Shown: piece by piece, positions 37,476-47,125 of the stretch
Layout: every line of letters starts with the position of its first letter
Position numbering within the stretch: position 1 is the first letter of the stretch
Assembly: GCA_002070455.1 (NCBI GenBank)
Contig: MWDG01000001.1
Coordinates: 240 to 64,239, forward strand
Reading direction: 5' to 3'
Source of the DNA: Deltaproteobacteria bacterium ADurb.Bin151
GTDB lineage: Bacteria; Desulfobacterota; Syntrophia; Syntrophales; Smithellaceae
Length of the DNA stretch: 64,000 nt
Notes under the pieces: generated by a model
Database searches by the model: none
The model's input: the letters and a program-made list of their open reading frames with translations, nothing else
What the model was told of the DNA's origin: nothing
Made by a program: the position numbers and the translations under genes

Positions 37476-37913
37476 TTATTTGATTTTAATCTTCTTGGGT
37501 AAATCTTCTTTGATTCTGGGTAGTGTAACCATCAATATCCCTTTTTCGTACTTTGCTTCAACAGCCTTTACCTCGACCTGATACGGAATCTGAATGTTGC
37601 GTTTGAAATTTCCGATCCCTCTTTCCTGGCGTAAATAGGTTTCGCCCTTGTCAAAGTTCTCCTTCAGGGCTGTTCCTGCAATGGACAATACATCGCCGGA
37701 GACGGTAATGTCCATTTTTTCAGAGTCGATTCCGGGAAGTTCAGCTGTTACAATTGAGGCACCGTCTTTTTCCCAGATATTGACTGCAGGATAATCCTGT
37801 GTAGTCTTTTGACCTGCACTGGAAAAAAGTCGGTTCATTTCCTGCTGCAGATGCATGATTTCCGGCATGACATCGGAAAATCTTCTTACTCTCCATAAAC
37901 CAGGGTTGAACAT
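37476..37913 (-). CDS. Hsp20/alpha-crystallin-family small heat-shock protein (first of three)
   Basis: 145 aa. PAVNIWEKDGASIVTAELPGIDSEKMDI...AKYEKGILMVTLPR. GAGGAGG 7 nt upstream of the ATG. Confidence 0.9.
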   Translation of the reverse strand: MFNPGLWRVRRFSDVMPEIMHLQQEMNRLFSSAGQKTTQDYPAVNIWEKDGASIVTAELPGIDSEKMDITVSGDVLSIAGTALKENFDKGETYLRQERGIGNFKRNIQIPYQVEVKAVEAKYEKGILMVTLPRIKEDLPKKIKIK

Positions 37914-37965
37914 AAACTTTCCTCCTCTCTTTACGTGTATTTTTTTGTAACTATTTGCTGTTATT

Positions 37966-38009
37966 CATCATTTTCCTCTTTTAATCAAAATATATGAATG
38001 AAAATGATG
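37966..38009. promoter_or_regulatory. Perfect 10-bp inverted repeat catcattttc-N24-gaaaatgatg bracketing the -10/start region of the hsp20 promoter
   Basis: Direct reading (37966-37975 and 38000-38009). One arm lies in the -35/-10 spacer and the other just downstream of the predicted start, which is an operator-like geometry. Confidence 0.4.
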
Positions 38010-38016
38010 TTGTCAA
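37989..38016 (-). promoter_or_regulatory. Candidate sigma70-type promoter of the hsp20 operon
   Basis: The - strand reads cccTTGACA-acatcattttcattca-TATATT (16-nt spacer). The hexamers are identical to those of the divergent gmhA promoter. Confidence 0.4.
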
Positions 38017-38095
38017 GGGCAGTTGGGGGTGTGTTTTGCGACCGTCCTTCAGAGGGAATATTGAGGGAGCATCAGGATAAAATGGGCTTCCACCC

Positions 38096-38124
38096 TTGAC
38101 ACTCTATATTCCAGTTCATATATT
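38096..38124 (+). promoter_or_regulatory. Candidate sigma70-type promoter of gmhA-grpE-dnaK
   Basis: cccTTGACA (38096-38101), 17 nt, TATATT (38119-38124). Lies 49 nt before the gmhA ATG. Confidence 0.45.
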
Positions 38125-38172
38125 AGGCGCGCTTCAGCGGAGGGTCAAATAATGAACTAAGGGCTGGGAATC

Positions 38173-38757
38173 ATGAAAGATCATGTGGTCAAGATATTCA
38201 AGGAGAGTTGCCGGGTCAAGGAGGCTTTTATCAACGATAATCTCGGCCGTCTGGTGAATATCATTGAGGTACTGACAGCCGCCCTGAAAGCAGGAAATAA
38301 AATTTTGATTTTCGGCAACGGTGGTTCTGCGGCGGATGCGCAGCACATCGCCGCCGAGTTTGTGAACCGCTTCATGATCGAAAGGCCCCCGCTGCCGGCC
38401 ATCGCGTTGACAACGGATACATCCGTTATTACCTCTGTTGGAAATGACTACGATTTCTCGGAAATTTTCTCCAAGCAGATTCGTGCTTTGGGACAGCCCG
38501 GTGACGTAGCGTGGGGGATCAGCACAAGTGGTAATTCTCCCAATGTAATCAAAGGTCTCGAAACGGCCAAGAAGATGGGACTGATCACCTTTGCTTTTAC
38601 CGGTGGGGATGGCGGGGCGATTGGCCAAATTGCGGATTTGTTGCTGAATGTTTCGTCAAACAGTACGGCGCGCGTTCAGGAAACACATATCACAGCCAGT
38701 CATGCGATTTGCGAGCTGGTTGATATAAAATTATTCCAGAAACCGGATTTAAAATAA
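38173..38757 (+). CDS. gmhA: SIS-domain D-sedoheptulose-7-phosphate isomerase (GmhA/DiaA family)
   Basis: 194 aa. ILIFGNGGSAADAQHIAAEF and GISTSGNSPNV motifs. Confidence 0.8.
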   Translation: MKDHVVKIFKESCRVKEAFINDNLGRLVNIIEVLTAALKAGNKILIFGNGGSAADAQHIAAEFVNRFMIERPPLPAIALTTDTSVITSVGNDYDFSEIFSKQIRALGQPGDVAWGISTSGNSPNVIKGLETAKKMGLITFAFTGGDGGAIGQIADLLLNVSSNSTARVQETHITASHAICELVDIKLFQKPDLK

Positions 38758-38772
38758 GAAAAGGCTGCAGGA

Positions 38773-39384
38773 GTGGTAGTGAAAACAAAAAAAGAACATA
38801 CGGACAAAAAAATAAAGGTGGAAACGGCCGAAACGGTCGACTCGACAGAAAAAGAGATTTTCCCGCAGGGCGATGAATTAACACAGTTGCAGGAAGCACT
38901 CGAAGCGAAAGAAAAAGAAGCCAAAGAAAATTATGATCTTTACCTTCGGGCAGTGGCTGAATTGGATAATTTCAGAAAACGGGCGGCCCGGGATAAAGCC
39001 GATATCATTAAGTTTGGTAAAGAGGATTTAATAAAAGATATTCTGCCCTTTCTGGACAGCCTGGATCGCGCTCTTGAGCACAGGGGCAGCAGCGATGCAC
39101 AGGCTTTTAAAGACGGGATCGCCCTGATTCAGGACCAGTTTTTGTGCTGCTTGAAAAAGCACGGGGTGGAGAGAATAGAAAGTATCGGAGCTGATTTTGA
39201 CCCGAATTTCCACGAGGCGCTGATGAGGGTGGACAGCGTGGATCATCAGGACAATCAGGTTGTGAGCGAGATGGAAAAGGGCTATTTGCTCAACGGCAGA
39301 TTGATTCGGCCATCAAGAGTCTGTGTTTGCAAAAAGACCGGAGAAAACAGTGATTGTGAAATAAGCGAGGCTAATGGAGAATAA
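38773..39384 (+). CDS. grpE: Nucleotide exchange factor GrpE
   Basis: YLRAVAELDNFRKRAARDK and LLNGRLIRPSRV motifs. The start is GTG 38773 or GTG 38779 (GCAGGAG just upstream). Confidence 0.9.
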   Translation: MVVKTKKEHTDKKIKVETAETVDSTEKEIFPQGDELTQLQEALEAKEKEAKENYDLYLRAVAELDNFRKRAARDKADIIKFGKEDLIKDILPFLDSLDRALEHRGSSDAQAFKDGIALIQDQFLCCLKKHGVERIESIGADFDPNFHEALMRVDSVDHQDNQVVSEMEKGYLLNGRLIRPSRVCVCKKTGENSDCEISEANGE

Positions 39385-39396
39385 GGAGGAAGAAAA

Positions 39397-41319
39397 ATGG
39401 GAAAAATTATTGGGATAGATTTGGGAACAACCAATTCGTGCGTGGCAATTATGGAAGGCGGTGACCCGGTCGTTATTGCGAATCAGGAAGGCAACCGCAC
39501 CACGCCTTCTGTTGTTGCCATAACGGATAGCGGTGAGCGGCTGGTTGGGCAGGTGGCCAAAAGACAGGCCATCACCAATTCGGAAAATACTGTTTACGCC
39601 GTGAAAAGAATGATCGGCAGAAAATATAACTCCAAAGAAATTCAATATGACGTGAAGATTTCCGCATACAAGATTACGGAGGCGGCCAATGGCGATGCCC
39701 AGGTTACCGTAAGAGGAAAGAATTATTCGCCGGCGGAGATTTCCGCGATGATTCTGACCAAGATGAAGCAGACCGCTGAAGACTATCTTGGAGAAAAAGT
39801 GACGGATGCCGTAATAACGGTTCCGGCTTACTTTAACGATTCACAGCGCCAGGCAACCAAAGATGCAGGAAAGATCGCGGGACTGAATGTTCTTCGAATC
39901 ATTAACGAACCTACCGCGGCGGCGCTGGCCTATGGTCTGGACAAGAAAAAAGATGAAAAAATTGCCGTGTTTGATCTTGGCGGCGGTACGTTTGATATTT
40001 CCATCCTGGAGCTGGGGGAAGGCGTTTTCGAAGTGAAATCAACCAATGGTGACACGCACCTGGGGGGTGAAGACTTCGACCAGCGTGTCATGGATTATCT
40101 GGTAGCTGAATTCAAGAAGGACCAGGGAATTGATCTGCGCACCGACAAAATGGCGCTGCAGCGATTGAAGGAAGCGGCGGAAAAAGCGAAGATGGAACTT
40201 TCCACAACCATGGAAACGGACATCAATTTGCCTTTCATCACGGCGGATGCCTCAGGTCCCAAACATATGAATATCAAGCTTTCGCGTGCCAAGCTCGAAT
40301 CGCTTGTGGAAGAACTGATCGATAAAGTCATTGGTCCCTGCCAAACCGCACTGAAAGATGCCGGAATGTCCAGCAAGGATATCGATGAGGTCATTCTGGT
40401 GGGCGGCATGACCCGCATGCCCCGCGTTCAGCAGAAGGTGAAAGAAATCTTCGGGAAAGAACCACACAAGGGTGTCAATCCGGATGAAGTTGTGGCCGTG
40501 GGCGCGGCCATTCAGGGCGGTGTGCTGGCAGGCGACGTCAAAGATGTTCTTCTCCTGGATGTTACGCCGCTCTCTCTCGGCATTGAAACCTTAGGTGGTG
40601 TGATGACGAGGCTTATCGAAAAGAACACGACCATTCCCAGCAAGAAAAGCCAGATCTTTTCAACGGCGGCCGACAATCAGCCCGCGGTGAGCATTCATGT
40701 TCTTCAGGGCGAACGCCAGATGGCTGCCGATAACCGTACGCTCGGACGTTTTGAACTGGTGGGAATTCCGCCGGCGCCCCGTGGTGTGCCTCAGGTTGAA
40801 GTGACGTTTGATATTGACGCGAACGGCATTGTTCATGTCAACGCGAAAGATCTGGGCACCGGGAAGGAGCAGAGCATCAAAATTACCGCCTCCAGCGGTT
40901 TGAGCGAGGCGGAAATTGAAAAACTGGTCAAGGAAGCGGAGATGCACGCGGAGGAAGACAAGCGCCGCAAAGAATTAATTGAAGCCAGAAACCATGCTGA
41001 TTCACTGGTTTATTCCGTCGAGAAGAACATCAAGGAATTTGGTGACAAGGTTGATGCGGCGGAAAAGGCTAAAATAGAGGAAGCGATTGAAAAAGTGAAA
41101 AAAGCGCTGGAAGGCGATGATCTGGATGCCATTAAGAAAGCACAGGATGATCTGATGAATGTTTCGCATAAGCTGGCGGAAGCCATGTATGCCAAGACCG
41201 CGGGTGGTCCTGGCGGTCCGGGGGCTTCAGGTGGAGCCGGATCTGCGGGTGCTGATCAGGCTTCAGGTAAAAAAGACGACGATGTCGTCGATGCGGATTT
41301 TGAAGAAGTGAAAAAATAA
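39397..41319 (+). CDS. dnaK: Molecular chaperone DnaK (Hsp70)
   Basis: 640 aa. [17 protein letters not shown] and [11 protein letters not shown] signatures. Confidence 0.97.
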   Translation: MGKIIGIDLGTTNSCVAIMEGGDPVVIANQEGNRTTPSVVAITDSGERLVGQVAKRQAITNSENTVYAVKRMIGRKYNSKEIQYDVKISAYKITEAANGDAQVTVRGKNYSPAEISAMILTKMKQTAEDYLGEKVTDAVITVPAYFNDSQRQATKDAGKIAGLNVLRIINEPTAAALAYGLDKKKDEKIAVFDLGGGTFDISILELGEGVFEVKSTNGDTHLGGEDFDQRVMDYLVAEFKKDQGIDLRTDKMALQRLKEAAEKAKMELSTTMETDINLPFITADASGPKHMNIKLSRAKLESLVEELIDKVIGPCQTALKDAGMSSKDIDEVILVGGMTRMPRVQQKVKEIFGKEPHKGVNPDEVVAVGAAIQGGVLAGDVKDVLLLDVTPLSLGIETLGGVMTRLIEKNTTIPSKKSQIFSTAADNQPAVSIHVLQGERQMAADNRTLGRFELVGIPPAPRGVPQVEVTFDIDANGIVHVNAKDLGTGKEQSIKITASSGLSEAEIEKLVKEAEMHAEEDKRRKELIEARNHADSLVYSVEKNIKEFGDKVDAAEKAKIEEAIEKVKKALEGDDLDAIKKAQDDLMNVSHKLAEAMYAKTAGGPGGPGASGGAGSAGADQASGKKDDDVVDADFEEVKK

Positions 41320-41339
41320 AGAGAAGAATGTCTGTTGCA

Positions 41340-41376
41340 AGCCCGAAACCGTGAAATACGGTTTCGGGCTTTTTTA
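41340..41376 (+). terminator. Rho-independent terminator after dnaK
   Basis: agcccgaaacc-gtgaaatac-ggtttcgggct followed by ttttt. Confidence 0.85.
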
Positions 41377-41430
41377 TATCGACCTGCCTCGAAAAATATT
41401 ATAGAATAATAAAAATTTTCAGGAGGCATA

Positions 41431-42717
41431 ATGAAGAAATATCGGCTTTTAGGGGCAATATTGGTTTTGTCCTTTTTTGTCTTTATTGCGGGATGCGCGA
41501 AAGTACCCCTGATAAAGAAAAAAGCAGGTCCGCCTGTCAGAAAAAAAATTGAAAAACCCCTGGCGGCACCGAAAGAAAAAGAAGGATATCCATCTATTGT
41601 TCGCCCCCCTTCCATTTTAACCAGCCGCAGCAATGTGGGATGCATTTTCCCCCTGACCGGCCGCTTTGGCAACGCAGGGCGCAGGGCACTGGAGGCAGCC
41701 CAGTTGTCATTGAAGAAATTCAAACAACATTCTTCTCCTCCGTGTGAAATCGTTTCTGCCGACTCTGGAGAGACCCCTGAAAAAATAAGAGAAGCCGTTT
41801 CTTATCTCGCGGATGATGTCAATGTAATAGCCCTTGTGGCCATGTCTGGTACAGCGGAAGCGATTATCCTGGCTGAGGAAGCCCAAAAAAGAAAAACGCC
41901 TTTGATATTAATTGCTTCCAAGGAAGGTGTTACCCAAACCGGGGAATATGTATTCCAGCATTTCCTGACGGCGACGCAGCAGATAGATGCTTTGATGAGA
42001 TATGTTCACAATAAATTGAATATTGGAGTTTTTTCAGTCCTCTATCCTCAGGATGATTATGGCCTTGAAATGGTCAATCTTTTCCGAAATAAAGTGAAAA
42101 GCATGGGCGGTACAATCCATCAGGCAGTTTCTTACCGCAAAACGGACACAGATTTTTCGGCACAGATCAGGAAACTTACAGGAAACAGGATCGATTCACA
42201 GCAGCAGGACAACTCTGCTGCGGAAACCACTTCCGGTAGATCAACGGTGGATTTTGAAGCCCTCTTTATTCCGGATTCACATCAGCGTGTAAAGATGATT
42301 ACTTCTCAACTGGCTTACTATAATGTCAGGGGGGTGCAATTATTGGGAGCCAGTTTGTGGCACTCACCGGATTTGATAAAAAGTGGCGTTGAATTTTTTG
42401 AAGGAGCTGTTTTTGTGGACAGTTTTTTTGTAAATGGATATCTTCCGGAAACAAATGACTTTGTTGATGTATATTATGCAGAATACGGACGTGAGCCCGG
42501 CAACATTGACGCGTTGGTTTATGACACAATGGACATTGTGCTGCAAATTCTGGATAAACATAAGATTAAGACACGGGATGAATTCCTTGAGGCTCTGCTG
42601 GATGTCCGTGGTTTCCGGGGAGCGACAGGCATTGTTTCTTTCAACGGTAATCGCGTAGCTCAAAAAGACGCATTTATTTTGATGGTTCAAAACGGGAAGA
42701 TTGTGCAAGTAAAATAA
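41431..42717 (+). CDS. Lipoprotein with a type-I periplasmic binding-protein fold (LivK/LpoA-C-like)
   Basis: Lipobox FIAGCAK. GCIFPLTGRFGNAGRRALEAAQL and later blocks resemble Leu/Ile/Val-binding-protein-family receptors. Confidence 0.6.
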   Translation: MKKYRLLGAILVLSFFVFIAGCAKVPLIKKKAGPPVRKKIEKPLAAPKEKEGYPSIVRPPSILTSRSNVGCIFPLTGRFGNAGRRALEAAQLSLKKFKQHSSPPCEIVSADSGETPEKIREAVSYLADDVNVIALVAMSGTAEAIILAEEAQKRKTPLILIASKEGVTQTGEYVFQHFLTATQQIDALMRYVHNKLNIGVFSVLYPQDDYGLEMVNLFRNKVKSMGGTIHQAVSYRKTDTDFSAQIRKLTGNRIDSQQQDNSAAETTSGRSTVDFEALFIPDSHQRVKMITSQLAYYNVRGVQLLGASLWHSPDLIKSGVEFFEGAVFVDSFFVNGYLPETNDFVDVYYAEYGREPGNIDALVYDTMDIVLQILDKHKIKTRDEFLEALLDVRGFRGATGIVSFNGNRVAQKDAFILMVQNGKIVQVK

Positions 42718-42751
42718 TAATGCGCGGCAGGGCATCAAAGGCGGATAAACG

Positions 42752-43513
42752 ATGAGAATTTTATTGACGAATGATGACGGGATTTATGCCCGGGGGCTTG
42801 CCGCGCTTTATGAGGAGCTTTCCGGAGAGGCAGATTGCCTGATTGTTGCGCCGGAAATTGAACAAAGTGCGGTAGGTCACGCGATTACGCTTTTCCGGCC
42901 GTTAATGGTGCGGAGCGCAACGAAGGGCGGAAATTTTCTGGGTTATGCGGTTTGCGGTACCCCTGCCGATTGCGTAAAAATCGGAATCAAGGAACTGGCC
43001 GGACAAGCGCCTGATCTCGTTATTTCCGGGATCAATCGCGGCTCCAATTGCGGGAACAATGTGATTTATTCAGGCACGGTTTCAGCTGCCACGGAAGCAG
43101 CCATGATGGGTGTTACGTCTATGGCGGTGTCTCTCGATACACATCAGGAGGCGGATTTTACTTTTGCCGCCCGTTTTGCAGGCAGGATGGTGCGGCTGAT
43201 CGAAAAAAACACGTCGTTGCATGGGAGCGCCTTCAACGTTAACATTCCCTGTCTGCCGGAAGAGAAAATCAGGGGAGTTGCGGTGGTGAGACAGGGTAAG
43301 GGCAACGTCATCGAGACCTTTGAAAAACGCACGGATCCACGCAGCAATATTTATTACTGGATTTCAGCTGAATCGCTTGCGGCTGCCAAAGACGTGCAGA
43401 CAGACATCGGCGCTTTGTCCGAAGGTTACATTACCATCACGCCGATTCAATACGACCTGACCCGTTATGATTTGCTGGAATCACTGAAAACCATGCTGGA
43501 TCATTCTTTTTGA
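42752..43513 (+). CDS. surE: 5'/3'-nucleotidase SurE
   Basis: MRILLTNDDGIYARGL and GINRGSNCGNNVIYSGTVSAA motifs. Confidence 0.9.
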   Translation: MRILLTNDDGIYARGLAALYEELSGEADCLIVAPEIEQSAVGHAITLFRPLMVRSATKGGNFLGYAVCGTPADCVKIGIKELAGQAPDLVISGINRGSNCGNNVIYSGTVSAATEAAMMGVTSMAVSLDTHQEADFTFAARFAGRMVRLIEKNTSLHGSAFNVNIPCLPEEKIRGVAVVRQGKGNVIETFEKRTDPRSNIYYWISAESLAAAKDVQTDIGALSEGYITITPIQYDLTRYDLLESLKTMLDHSF

Positions 43514-43630
43514 CATTCCGTTCAAAGCCGGATGATGAGCTCAAATCATCAAGACATTAAACACGACGTTCATAAAAAACCCCGGTATCCGGACGACTGA
43601 ACACATTAAGGATTCCACACACCGGTAAGT

Positions 43631-45262
43631 TTAGCTTTTTGTCTTACTCACCTGATCTTTCAGCCTTTTAATATGCCCTCTGCCTAGGCCTTTCACATCG
43701 CAGCCTAATGCCAGATATTGTCGGATGCGGTCATCGTCGAGAATACCGAAGCAGTCGATTACGGCAATCGGGTGCCCAGCGGCCCTCACGATTCTGGCAG
43801 GATCCAGATACAGATAGGCGTCATGGCGGACTGCCAGCACCAATGCATCAATGTTTTTCATGGCCTTGTTCAGATCCTTTTGCACCTTTAAGTCTTTCAG
43901 TTTTTTCTGGTTACGAAAGAAGACGGACTTGCTTCCCGGATCATCTTCCTGGCTTCCAAATTCAAACCAGGAGTCAACATAGGGGTCGTGTACCCGAATT
44001 TCAGCGCCCATTTCCGTCAGTCTTCTGATCAGAATTTCAGATCCGCTATAGCGTGTGTCACCGACATCCTCGCGGTAAGATGCCCCCAGAATAAGGACTT
44101 CCGCGCTGGCGATGGGCAAACTCATATTGCGCAAAGCATCACGGACAAGCTGGGCGGCATGCAGAGAACGGGTGTCGTTGATGTCAATCGCCATGGGCGT
44201 TATTTTAAAAGAGTCATCTTCGAAACCAAGAATATGACGGTTGGCCCAGACGCCCAGTCCGCCATCTTTAGGCAGGCAGTAGCCGCCGATGCCGGGTCCG
44301 GGGAAAATCATATTGGAGTGCGTCGGACGCACTTTGATCGCCTTAATTACTTTAATCAGATCCACACCGTTTCTTTCGGCAAACAGACTCCATTCGTCGA
44401 GGAACGCCAGAATGGTCGCCCGGTAGCTATTTTCAACGACTTTGGCTGTTTCTGATTCGATGGGCCGGTCCAGCACGGTGAGGGGAAACTTTTCTGTATG
44501 GAGCACCTCATTGAGGAACTTAATTACTCTTTTTTTTGCTTTTTCGTTGACACCGGAACAGACACGCCAGAAATCACGGATCGACGCCACGTAGTTTCTT
44601 CCCGGCATGACGCGTTCATAACTATGAGCAATCAGGGGGTCGCTTTTAATGCCTCTTTGCCGGAAAACTTTTCTCATGGCCGGCAGGGCAACCTGTTCGG
44701 TGGTTCCCGGTGCCACGGTCGTTTCGATGAGAACCAGGCATTTCGGGGGAATGTGATGGGCGATAATATCAAAGGACTCTTCAAGAGCGCTCATTTCCAC
44801 ATGGCCGTTCCGCACATTGCCCAGTTGATTTTTTGCATAGTCCAGTTGGACGTCCACAACCACAACATCCGCAAACTTTAATACATCATAAACAAAGGTT
44901 GCGACGAGGGTTCTTTTTTCCAGAACGCAGCGCCGGATCATAGGGGCCACTTCCGGATCCTCCGCTTTGACGGGTGATATGCCCTCGTTGAGTTTGGGGA
45001 TCTTCCAGTAACTCCTATTACTCGGTCTCTGCATGCCGATCACAAACTTGCCCGGCTGGCCGTTCTTTTTGGTTGTGTCTGCAATGATAGCCGCCATGAC
45101 GGAGCCGACAAAGCCTACCCCCATGACCACAACAATTTCCTGTCCCTTTTCCCGGGCTCGCCCCACCAGTTTCCCGATGCGGGCTAATTCTTTTTTGTAT
45201 TCTTCCTGGCCGGGTAGTGGATATTTCGTGCCGTCTGGACTGATGGAGATGGACTGATTCAT
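43631..45262 (-). CDS. Nucleotide-sugar dehydrogenase (UDP-glucose/GDP-mannose dehydrogenase family), long form
   Basis: 543 aa. VVMGVGFVGSVMA (Rossmann) and PGIGGYCLPKD (catalytic Cys) motifs. Confidence 0.75.
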   Translation of the reverse strand: MNQSISISPDGTKYPLPGQEEYKKELARIGKLVGRAREKGQEIVVVMGVGFVGSVMAAIIADTTKKNGQPGKFVIGMQRPSNRSYWKIPKLNEGISPVKAEDPEVAPMIRRCVLEKRTLVATFVYDVLKFADVVVVDVQLDYAKNQLGNVRNGHVEMSALEESFDIIAHHIPPKCLVLIETTVAPGTTEQVALPAMRKVFRQRGIKSDPLIAHSYERVMPGRNYVASIRDFWRVCSGVNEKAKKRVIKFLNEVLHTEKFPLTVLDRPIESETAKVVENSYRATILAFLDEWSLFAERNGVDLIKVIKAIKVRPTHSNMIFPGPGIGGYCLPKDGGLGVWANRHILGFEDDSFKITPMAIDINDTRSLHAAQLVRDALRNMSLPIASAEVLILGASYREDVGDTRYSGSEILIRRLTEMGAEIRVHDPYVDSWFEFGSQEDDPGSKSVFFRNQKKLKDLKVQKDLNKAMKNIDALVLAVRHDAYLYLDPARIVRAAGHPIAVIDCFGILDDDRIRQYLALGCDVKGLGRGHIKRLKDQVSKTKS

Positions 45263-45282
45263 AGAGGTTCTCCTTTTATTTT

Positions 45283-46122
45283 TTAGCGTATTAACAAAAC
45301 GGGAATGGGACTTTTCCGGATGACCTGCGATGTTGTGCTTCCCAACAGCAATTCGCGAAGGCGGTTGTGACCATATGCGCCCATGACCATCAACTCCACC
45401 GATCCCTCCTTAATAAATTTAAGAATTTCATCAGCCTCGCGCCCGGTTGATATAATCACTTCGCAGTCGGCGCTGCCCTGCTGGATGGTTTCTTCCACCT
45501 GTGCGGACAATTCCGCTGCCCTCGACTTATCTGCGCTGACGATGATTACGGTGATCGGCCAGCTTGCTTTTTCCGAAATCATCATGGACAGTTCCAGTGC
45601 TTTTCTGGACGGGGCACTGCCGTCGTAGGCCAGTCCCATGCTTTCGATTACCTGAAAGGATTCCCCAATGACCATAACGGGTTTTCCTGAATGACGGATG
45701 ACAATTTCGGCAACGGATCCGATCACTCCACCCTCTTTTACGTGAAAGTGTTCGCCCTTTTTTGCCATTAAAATCAAATCTGCGTTTTCGGATTCTTCAA
45801 TGATTGCGTCGCTGATCTTGCCAATATTTTTTTGGGTACGGCAGGGAATGGCCGCCATCCGGCAGCGGTCTTCAAAGTCTTTAAGCAGCAGGTCGGCTTT
45901 TTCTTTCAGAGATGCTTCAATGGTTTCAAAGAAACCATCGTAGGGAGGCATGCCGACGGTCGTCGAGATGTCGGTCATCATCGGCCCCTGGATTAGCAAA
46001 ATGTCGATAACATGGAGACCCGTCAGCGCCGCCTCCAGTTTCGGCGCGATATAGATACCGTAATCGACAGCGTTTGCGCTGTTGGGTGACCCGTCAACCG
46101 GAATGAGTATGGTTCTGATCAT
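45283..46122 (-). CDS. Tandem-domain universal stress protein
   Basis: 279 aa with two UspA-like halves (ILIPVDGSPNS...; ...GSTTSQVIRKSPIPVLLI). Confidence 0.85.
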   Translation of the reverse strand: MIRTILIPVDGSPNSANAVDYGIYIAPKLEAALTGLHVIDILLIQGPMMTDISTTVGMPPYDGFFETIEASLKEKADLLLKDFEDRCRMAAIPCRTQKNIGKISDAIIEESENADLILMAKKGEHFHVKEGGVIGSVAEIVIRHSGKPVMVIGESFQVIESMGLAYDGSAPSRKALELSMMISEKASWPITVIIVSADKSRAAELSAQVEETIQQGSADCEVIISTGREADEILKFIKEGSVELMVMGAYGHNRLRELLLGSTTSQVIRKSPIPVLLIR

Positions 46123-46155
46123 GGTGCCTGTCTCCCTGTTTTCTTCTCGCAGTGA

Positions 46156-46809
46156 TCATTTTTGTTTTTTATCAAAATGACTCAGATCGTGCAGAAGGTT
46201 GCCGATATCTTTATCTTCCCAGATGCGTTTTGAATCTTCGTCTTCTCCCGAGTCCTCATCCGCGTGTGTTCCGTCCTCCCTGAAGCTCAGAAACTTGCCT
46301 GTCAGATTCCCGTTTTTGTAGGTTGCCTTTTCCCTGATTTGTCCGTTTTTAAAATAAGAAATATATTCGCCCTCGCGTTTGTCTCTTTTAAACAAACCCT
46401 TTTCCTTGATTTGCCCGCTTTTGTAATAGCATATATATTCTCCGTCAAATTTGCCTTGCTGAAAGTGTTCTTCTTCGCGCAATTCTCCTGTCTTAAAATA
46501 ACGGTGGTAGGAGCCGTCCAGTTTTCCGTTTTTATAATTTTCTTCTTCGCGCACATGTCCGTTTTCATAATAGGAAACATAGGGGCCATCCATCTTATCG
46601 TTTGCGAAATTCACTTTTTCCCGCACCTGTCCATTGGCATAATAACTGATGGCGGAACCGTTTTTTTTGCCGCTTGAAAAATGAAGCTGGGCCATGATTT
46701 GACCGCTGGGGAAGTATGTTGTATATTGACCGTGTATTTTACCTTCCAGAAGATATTTTTTTTCCTTTATGGCTCCGTTCGGATAATGAATTACTTTTTC
46801 TTTGGGCAT
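46156..46809 (-). CDS. MORN-repeat (YwqK-like) protein
   Basis: 217 aa with about 7 repeats of a ~23-aa unit Y(Y/F)xNGQ(I/V)(R/K)E(K/E)xx(F/Y)KxGKxxGxY. Confidence 0.7.
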   Translation of the reverse strand: MPKEKVIHYPNGAIKEKKYLLEGKIHGQYTTYFPSGQIMAQLHFSSGKKNGSAISYYANGQVREKVNFANDKMDGPYVSYYENGHVREEENYKNGKLDGSYHRYFKTGELREEEHFQQGKFDGEYICYYKSGQIKEKGLFKRDKREGEYISYFKNGQIREKATYKNGNLTGKFLSFREDGTHADEDSGEDEDSKRIWEDKDIGNLLHDLSHFDKKQK

Positions 46810-47063
46810 AATATCCTGCTCATTTCATTTTCGGTAATTGTTTTTTTTAATTCATTGGACCCTGCAAGCCTGCTACCGTTATTCTATCCGGTTTGTTATT
46901 CTCAATTTAACAGGGAGATGATTTGTAAACAGCTTTACCCTGCAAGGCCAATCTCTGGAAGAATAATGTCTTTTTTAAACAATCCCCCCGGAGAATGCAA
47001 CCAAAAACAGAAAGGGTTTTTCAGTAAATTTTGTTTTACTTTTTGTAAAAAGGCTATTAGGGT

Positions 47064-47093
47064 TTGACAGCCGGACGATTTATTCCATATAAT
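47064..47093 (+). promoter_or_regulatory. Candidate sigma70-type promoter of the gpsA-like gene
   Basis: TTGACA (47064-47069), 18 nt, TATAAT (47088-47093). Lies 32 nt before ATG 47126. Confidence 0.45.
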
Positions 47094-47125
47094 AAGAACG
47101 TATTACAATATTTGAGCGGACAGAA

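Noticed and set aside
37914-38772. CIRCE (HrcA), HAIR (HspR), ROSE or fourU thermometer elements upstream of hsp20, grpE and dnaK
   Set aside because: No TTAGCACTC-N9-GAGTGCTAA or CTTGAGT-N7-ACTCAAG was seen. The hsp20 leader has no U-rich anti-SD stretch positioned to pair with GAGGAGG. One arm of the 10-bp inverted repeat lies upstream of the predicted start, so an RNA hairpin is unlikely.
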